Source: Candidatus Eiseniibacteriota bacterium | Lineage (GTDB): Bacteria; Eisenbacteria; RBG-16-71-46; CAZEPH01 | DNA length: 10,755 bases | Assembly: GCA_044229145.1 (NCBI GenBank) | Contig: JBGATO010000108.1 | Location: forward strand, 1-10,755 | Direction: 5' to 3' | Part shown: positions 5,901-10,755 of the stretch, in pieces | Layout of the letters: every line of letters begins with the position of its first letter | How positions within the stretch are numbered: position 1 is the first letter of the stretch | Position numbers and translations under genes: made by a program | Notes under the pieces: model-generated | The model's database searches: none | Told to the model about the DNA's origin: nothing | What the model saw: only the letters and a program-made list of their open reading frames with translations

Positions 5901-7679
5901 ATGACCTGGAACTCGCTCTCTCGCATGACGCTGTCGCGCAAGATGACACTCTTGATGGTGACCGCCGGCCTTGGGTTCGCGCTGTCGGGCGCGATCGTGC
6001 TGAATCTCTTCCAAGGTGTGAAGGTGAACGGCGCGATCTACAACCGCATCGTGCAGATGAAGGACCTGACGGCAGACACCGTGCCGCCGCCGCTCTCGCT
6101 CCTGCGTGCCTACTACTGCGTGCGCGACATCGGCGGCCACATCGATCGCGGGGGCGCGCTCGAGTGGGACGAGATCAATGAATCGATGGGGCTCGTCGAC
6201 GCCGACGAGCAGGCGTTGCACGCGCGGCACGAGTACTGGTCGAAGACTTTGACCGACAGCAAGCTGCGCGACCTCGAGAAGGACGCCTACACTTCTGCAG
6301 AGGAGTGGTTCGGTCTCTATCACAACAAGTTCCTGCCCGCGATGCGGGCGGAAAACAAGGCCGAGGTCGACCACTGGATGCATGAGGGCATGGAGGCGTC
6401 CTTCACCCGCCAGCAGGCGGCGATCGACGAATTGGTCAAGGTCGCGGCCAGCATTGGCAAGTCCAACGAAGCGCAGGCGCAGGCCGACATCCGCAATCAG
6501 ATGACGCTGCTGATGATCGTCGGCCTGTTCATGGTCGGCTCGGCGATCCTGCTGGCGTGGTCGGTGTCGCGTTCGATCATGCGTTCGATTCCCGAGGTGG
6601 CGAAGGCGGCCGAGGCGCTGGCCCAGGGCGACCTCACGGTGCACGCCAAGGTGAAGTCCGACGACGAGCTCGGCATGCTCGCGCGCGGCGTCAACCAGAC
6701 CATCGACGCGCTGCGGACGCTGCTGCTGCAGATCCACGAGCGCGCCACGCACCTCGCCGGAAGCTCGGAGGACTTGATCGGCGTCAGCCGGTCGATGAAC
6801 GCCAACGCCAACGAGAACGCCGAGCAAGCGAACCGCGCGTCGAGCGGCTCCGAAGATGTCAGCAAGAACGTGCAGAGCGTGTCGGCCGCGATGGTCGAGA
6901 TGAGCGCCAGCATCAAGGAGATCTCGAAGAGCACCGCCGAAGCGGCGCGCGTCGCCACGCTTGCCGCGCGGAAGGCGGAAACCACCAACGCCACCGTCAA
7001 CAAGCTCGGAGACTCGAGCGCCGAGATCGGCAACGTCATCAAGGTGATCACGTCGATCGCGCAGCAGACGAACCTGTTGGCGCTCAACGCGACGATCGAG
7101 GCGGCGCGTGCCGGCGAGGCGGGCAAGGGCTTCGCGGTAGTCGCCAACGAGGTCAAGGAACTCGCGATGGAGACCGCCAAGGCGACGGAGGACATCTCGG
7201 CGAAGATCGAGACGATCCAGAACGACACCCAGGCGGCGGTTACCGCGATCGGCGAGATCGGCGAGACCATCGCGCAGATCAACGACATCTCCAACACCAT
7301 CGCCAGCGCGATCGACGAGCAGGCGGCGACCGCCAACGAGATCGGGCGCAACCTGCGCGACGCGGCGCGCGGTTCGGGCGATGTCGCCTCGAGCATCGTC
7401 GCGGTGGCGGATGTCGCCCACAGCACGGCAAGCGGCGCGCATCAGGCCGAGAGCTCGGCCCGCGATCTCGCCACGATGGCCGTGGACCTCCAGGAAATGA
7501 TCGGACGCTTCAAGTTCGAGTCGGCGCTCGGCATCGCGCGGCAGTTCGGGACGCCGCAGCCGACGACGCGCGACAACCCCTCGGCCGGTTGGCAGGGCAA
7601 GCCGGAGCGCCGCCGGCGGCCGCGCGGTGGGGCAGCTTCCGCACCGTCGGCGGAATCATTCGAGCAGAAAGCAGCCTGA
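5901..7679 (+). CDS. Methyl-accepting chemotaxis protein 1 (TM - periplasmic helical sensor - TM - HAMP - signalling domain)
   Basis: Two hydrophobic segments, HAMP (LAQGDLT...[13 protein letters not shown]), tip motif [48 protein letters not shown]. Confidence 0.96.
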   Translation: MTWNSLSRMTLSRKMTLLMVTAGLGFALSGAIVLNLFQGVKVNGAIYNRIVQMKDLTADTVPPPLSLLRAYYCVRDIGGHIDRGGALEWDEINESMGLVDADEQALHARHEYWSKTLTDSKLRDLEKDAYTSAEEWFGLYHNKFLPAMRAENKAEVDHWMHEGMEASFTRQQAAIDELVKVAASIGKSNEAQAQADIRNQMTLLMIVGLFMVGSAILLAWSVSRSIMRSIPEVAKAAEALAQGDLTVHAKVKSDDELGMLARGVNQTIDALRTLLLQIHERATHLAGSSEDLIGVSRSMNANANENAEQANRASSGSEDVSKNVQSVSAAMVEMSASIKEISKSTAEAARVATLAARKAETTNATVNKLGDSSAEIGNVIKVITSIAQQTNLLALNATIEAARAGEAGKGFAVVANEVKELAMETAKATEDISAKIETIQNDTQAAVTAIGEIGETIAQINDISNTIASAIDEQAATANEIGRNLRDAARGSGDVASSIVAVADVAHSTASGAHQAESSARDLATMAVDLQEMIGRFKFESALGIARQFGTPQPTTRDNPSAGWQGKPERRRRPRGGAASAPSAESFEQKAA

Positions 7680-7728
7680 GCGGGGCGACGATTCCGGTCG
7701 GCCGATACCGAGGACACAAACGGGAGGC

Positions 7729-8859
7729 ATGAGCGTGGCGATTGGGACATCGCACCCGCGAGCACGGCGGGGTGAGGGCCGCAGCGGGCGGATCTGCGCG
7801 ACCATGGGTGGCGCCGTCGTGATGCTGTGCGCCGCCACCGCGCGTCTGGCCGGCGCCGCGGCGACGGACCCGGCGACGCCGCAGGTGAGTGCGCGCTGGT
7901 ACGACAGCTACGCCGTTACCGCGACCTTCGCGGAAGGCACGACGGGCGGCGGATCCGGTAGCAGCACGGTGTGGATGGATTTCGGCGCCGATCGCGCGTC
8001 GACCGCCGCGCGCCGTCTCGGTTACCACCTCTGTGCGTACACCGGCCTGAACGCGGCGAGCGGGGATGGATTGTCCCTCGACAATCTGGTCCACGACGCG
8101 TGCGACGCCAACCTCACCGCGCTGGTCGGCGAGGACCTCGAATGCGCGTGCGGCAAGTGGACCGCCGAGTGGGCCGCCGCCATGCAGGCCGACCGGCCGA
8201 CCTGGGACGACTCGGGCGGTTTGGTCTTCGACTACGCCGTGGCGCCGGCGCCGGCCGGGGTCAAAGCGCGTCTCGCGCTGGGCGCCCGCGGCGGGCTCAC
8301 CGGGCAGGTGTTGCGCGGCTGGCACGGCGCGGATGGGGACTTCGCCTCCACCGGCTACAGCGTCGGCGGCGACTGCGCGCTCTCCGCGCGCACCGCGCTC
8401 TCCGCGCACTACCTCACCGGCGCCGACCTCGAGAGCGGCACCGCTGGCGCGCGTCTCGCGCTGGCCGATCTCAACGCCACCGTCACGCCGCGGGAGTGCT
8501 GCGCGCTTGCCGCCAGCTACGTCACCGCGCGCGGCTCCGGGTCGAGCCTCGCCGCGCAGACGCACTGGTGGAGCGCCGCCGTCTACGCGCGGTGGGACTG
8601 GCGGCCGGGTGCGACGTTCACCGCGCGCGTCGAGCGCTTCGCCGACCGCGCCGGCTGGGCCACCGGCGACGTGCAACGACTCGATGCGGTCACCCTGACG
8701 CACGAAGCCCACATGCAGGACGCCTTGCGTCTGCGCGCTGCGGTGCGCCAGACCACGGCAGAAGAACCGATGTTCTCCGGCCGTCACGGGGCCTCGCGCC
8801 ACGACCTGTCGGTGAACCTGGCGATCCAAGCCGATCTCACCACGGGCGGCGGGGAGTAG
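7729..8859 (+). CDS. Putative outer-membrane beta-barrel protein (OmpL-like/BBP2 porin-like), divergent
   Basis: Fills the gap between MCP1 and the receiver gene on the same strand. Signal-peptide-like N-terminus. C-terminal WWSAAVYARWDW...FTARVERFADRAGWATG...VTLTHE...LRLRAAVR...EPMF recalls the BBP2 family from memory. Start uncertain: ATG 7729, GTG 7735 (best spacing to GGAGG 7723-7727) or ATG 7804. Confidence 0.6.
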   Translation: MSVAIGTSHPRARRGEGRSGRICATMGGAVVMLCAATARLAGAAATDPATPQVSARWYDSYAVTATFAEGTTGGGSGSSTVWMDFGADRASTAARRLGYHLCAYTGLNAASGDGLSLDNLVHDACDANLTALVGEDLECACGKWTAEWAAAMQADRPTWDDSGGLVFDYAVAPAPAGVKARLALGARGGLTGQVLRGWHGADGDFASTGYSVGGDCALSARTALSAHYLTGADLESGTAGARLALADLNATVTPRECCALAASYVTARGSGSSLAAQTHWWSAAVYARWDWRPGATFTARVERFADRAGWATGDVQRLDAVTLTHEAHMQDALRLRAAVRQTTAEEPMFSGRHGASRHDLSVNLAIQADLTTGGGE

Positions 8860-8892
8860 GACCCGTTTCGGACGGAGACTGAGGCAGAGCCC

Positions 8893-9402
8893 ATGCGAAA
8901 GATCAACATCCTGATCGTCGACGACACCGTGCTCATCCGGCGCATGCTGAGTGACGCGCTGACCAATGAGCCGAGCTTCGCCATCCAAGCGACGGCGGAA
9001 AACGGCAAGGTGGCGCTCGCCAAGATCGCCGAGCAGGTACCCGACTGTGTGATTCTCGATGTCGAGATGCCCGAGATGAACGGGCTGCAGACTCTCATCG
9101 AGATCCGCAAGCAACACCCGCGTCTCCCGGTCATCATGTTCAGCACCCTGACCGGGCCCGGCGCGGCGATCACCATCGAGGCTCTGATGGAAGGAGCCAG
9201 CGACTGTGTGCCGAAGCCGCAGATGGTTGGAGGACCGGCAGGCGCCAAGGCCTACATCCTCCAGGAACTGGGTTCGCGGATCAAAGCGATGTGCACCCCG
9301 AGCCAGTCCATCCCCACGCCCGTCCCCCTGCCGGCGCCCCCGGCCGCGCAGGGCCCCGCGTGGATTCACGGTGACGAGGAACAGCAGCGGCGCGTGGCCT
9401 GA
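8893..9402 (+). CDS. Stand-alone CheB-type receiver-domain protein lacking the methylesterase domain
   Basis: ILIVDD, LDVEMPEMNG, PVIMFSTLT..GA..TIEAL..GASD.VPKP match the CheB N-terminal receiver; followed by a Pro-rich linker and a stop. No STGGP-type esterase motif before the next gene. Confidence 0.88.
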   Translation: MRKINILIVDDTVLIRRMLSDALTNEPSFAIQATAENGKVALAKIAEQVPDCVILDVEMPEMNGLQTLIEIRKQHPRLPVIMFSTLTGPGAAITIEALMEGASDCVPKPQMVGGPAGAKAYILQELGSRIKAMCTPSQSIPTPVPLPAPPAAQGPAWIHGDEEQQRRVA

Positions 9403-9452
9403 CACGCGCCTCGGGGACGCACACGGTCACAGGGTAGGGAGGCAGCTCCTTC

Positions 9453-10755
9453 ATGAAGCTCACGATTGCACGGAAGCTCACCGCGCTCACGGCCATCACC
9501 CTTGCGGGTTTGGTCATCATGTCCGCGGTCGCCTTCACGGTTCTCAACAAGGTTCGCATCAACGGCACGCTGTACAATGAGATCCTGCAAATCAAGGATG
9601 TCGAGGCGGACCTCCTGCCGCCGCCGGAATACCTGGTCGAACTCTACGCGGTCGCCTGGCAGATGCACGACAAGGGCGAAGACGCCGCGACGCTCGCCTC
9701 GCTGACGCAGCGCGCCGACAAGCTCATCGCCGACTTCAAGGCGCGCCGCGACCACTGGAACGAGACTTTGCCCGAGGGCGAGACGAAGACCGCGCTGACC
9801 AGCGACGTCTACGCCTCCGGCCAGCGCCTCATCCAGGTGTATCAGACGGAGTTCCGGCCGCTGGTCGTCCAGGGCCGTGAATCGGAGTCGCAGCGGGTCG
9901 CCAACGGATCGCTCTTGAACGCCTTCGAAGCACACCGGGCCGCCGTGGACAAGGCGGTGAAGGCGACCGAGGCCCACCACGACCAGCTCGAAGCGCAGGC
10001 CGCGGCCTTCGTCACCCGCGCGCGCAACACGATGCTCGCCACCAGTGTGGTCCTCGTCCTGTTGTGCGTCGGACTCGGCCTGTGGATTTCGCGTCCGATT
10101 CAGCAGGCGGCGCCGCGCGTGCTGCGCGCCGCCCAGGCCCTGGCGGACGGCGACCTCACGTCGCACGCCGAGGTCACCGGCAGCGACGAACTCACCGATG
10201 TCACGCGTGCCCTCAACCAGACCGCCGACCGCATGCGCGCGCTCCTCGGCGAACTCGCGCAGAAGACGCATGCGCTCGCCGGCACCTCCGAGGATCTGCT
10301 CGGCGTCAGCAGGACGCTCGGCGATACGTCCGAGAACTCGTCGCGCGGCACCGACCGGACGGCGGCCGCCTCGGAGGAGATCAGCCGCAACATCCAGAGC
10401 GTGTCCGCCGCGATGATCGAGATGGGCGCGACCATCAAGGAAATCGCCAAGAGCACCGGCGAGGCGGCGCGGGTCGCCAGCCTCGCGGCGCAGGAAGCGG
10501 ACAACACCAACCGCGCGGTCGGCAAGCTCGGTGAGTCCAGCCTCGAGATCGGCAACGTCATCAAGGTGATTACGTCGATCGCGCAGCAGACGAACCTGCT
10601 GGCGCTCAACGCGACGATCGAAGCGGCGCGCGCCGGCGAGGCGGGCAAGGGCTTCGCGGTGGTGGCGAACGAGGTGAAGGAACTCGCGATGGAGACCGCC
10701 AAGGCGACGGAGGACATCTCGGCGAAGATCGAGACGATCCAGTCCGACACGCAGG
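9453..10755 (+). CDS. Methyl-accepting chemotaxis protein 2, paralog of MCP1; C-terminal part lies outside the window
   Basis: Not in ORF track. ATG 9453 after [35 protein letters not shown]...[27 protein letters not shown]...HAMP LADGDLT...[37 protein letters not shown]; frame open to the window end. Confidence 0.95.
   Translation, partial: MKLTIARKLTALTAITLAGLVIMSAVAFTVLNKVRINGTLYNEILQIKDVEADLLPPPEYLVELYAVAWQMHDKGEDAATLASLTQRADKLIADFKARRDHWNETLPEGETKTALTSDVYASGQRLIQVYQTEFRPLVVQGRESESQRVANGSLLNAFEAHRAAVDKAVKATEAHHDQLEAQAAAFVTRARNTMLATSVVLVLLCVGLGLWISRPIQQAAPRVLRAAQALADGDLTSHAEVTGSDELTDVTRALNQTADRMRALLGELAQKTHALAGTSEDLLGVSRTLGDTSENSSRGTDRTAAASEEISRNIQSVSAAMIEMGATIKEIAKSTGEAARVASLAAQEADNTNRAVGKLGESSLEIGNVIKVITSIAQQTNLLALNATIEAARAGEAGKGFAVVANEVKELAMETAKATEDISAKIETIQSDTQ
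10544..10742 (+). repeat. Near-identical copy of the MCP1 signalling-tip segment (7022-7220)
   Basis: Manual alignment: 8 differences, all synonymous, in 199 nt, including a perfect 66-nt block (7155-7220 = 10677-10742). Confidence 0.85.

Noticed and set aside
5865..7442. 525-aa minus ORF, plus 6497-7426, 6557-7732, 9366-10271 and 10100-10750
   Set aside because: Shadow or alternate frames of the two MCP genes.
7701..7708. GCCGATAC, a sigma28 -10-like box upstream of the barrel gene
   Set aside because: No TAAA/TCAAG -35 at the proper spacing; an internal promoter is possible but unsupported.
7510..9405. 631-aa minus-strand ORF
   Set aside because: Overlaps MCP1, the barrel gene and the receiver gene in antisense; Arg/Gly/Ala-rich with no domain signature.
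9300..9452. Frameshifted remainder of cheB
   Set aside because: No esterase motif in the other frames and insufficient space before MCP2.

Overview
A GC-rich bacterial motility/chemotaxis locus made of two divergent units. Minus strand: a short flagellin (1710-2519), flbT, flaF and a second, ~80% identical flagellin that runs off the left edge and is missing from the ORF track. Plus strand: cheA (with two CheW-like domains), cheW, an MCP, a divergent putative outer-membrane beta-barrel, a stand-alone CheB-type receiver with no methylesterase domain, and a second paralogous MCP that runs off the right edge (also missing from the ORF track). Most notable: (i) CheA, CheW and MCP1 all end in Ala-Ala and the receiver ends in Val-Ala, resembling ClpXP degrons; (ii) alphaproteobacterial-style FlbT/FlaF and flagellins occur with sigma28-like promoters and CsrA-like GGA hairpins; (iii) both flagellin leaders share an SD-occluding element; (iv) the che unit contains an esterase-less CheB receiver and a porin-like gene. 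All calls come from reading motifs by eye; no searches were run and the taxon cannot be fixed.
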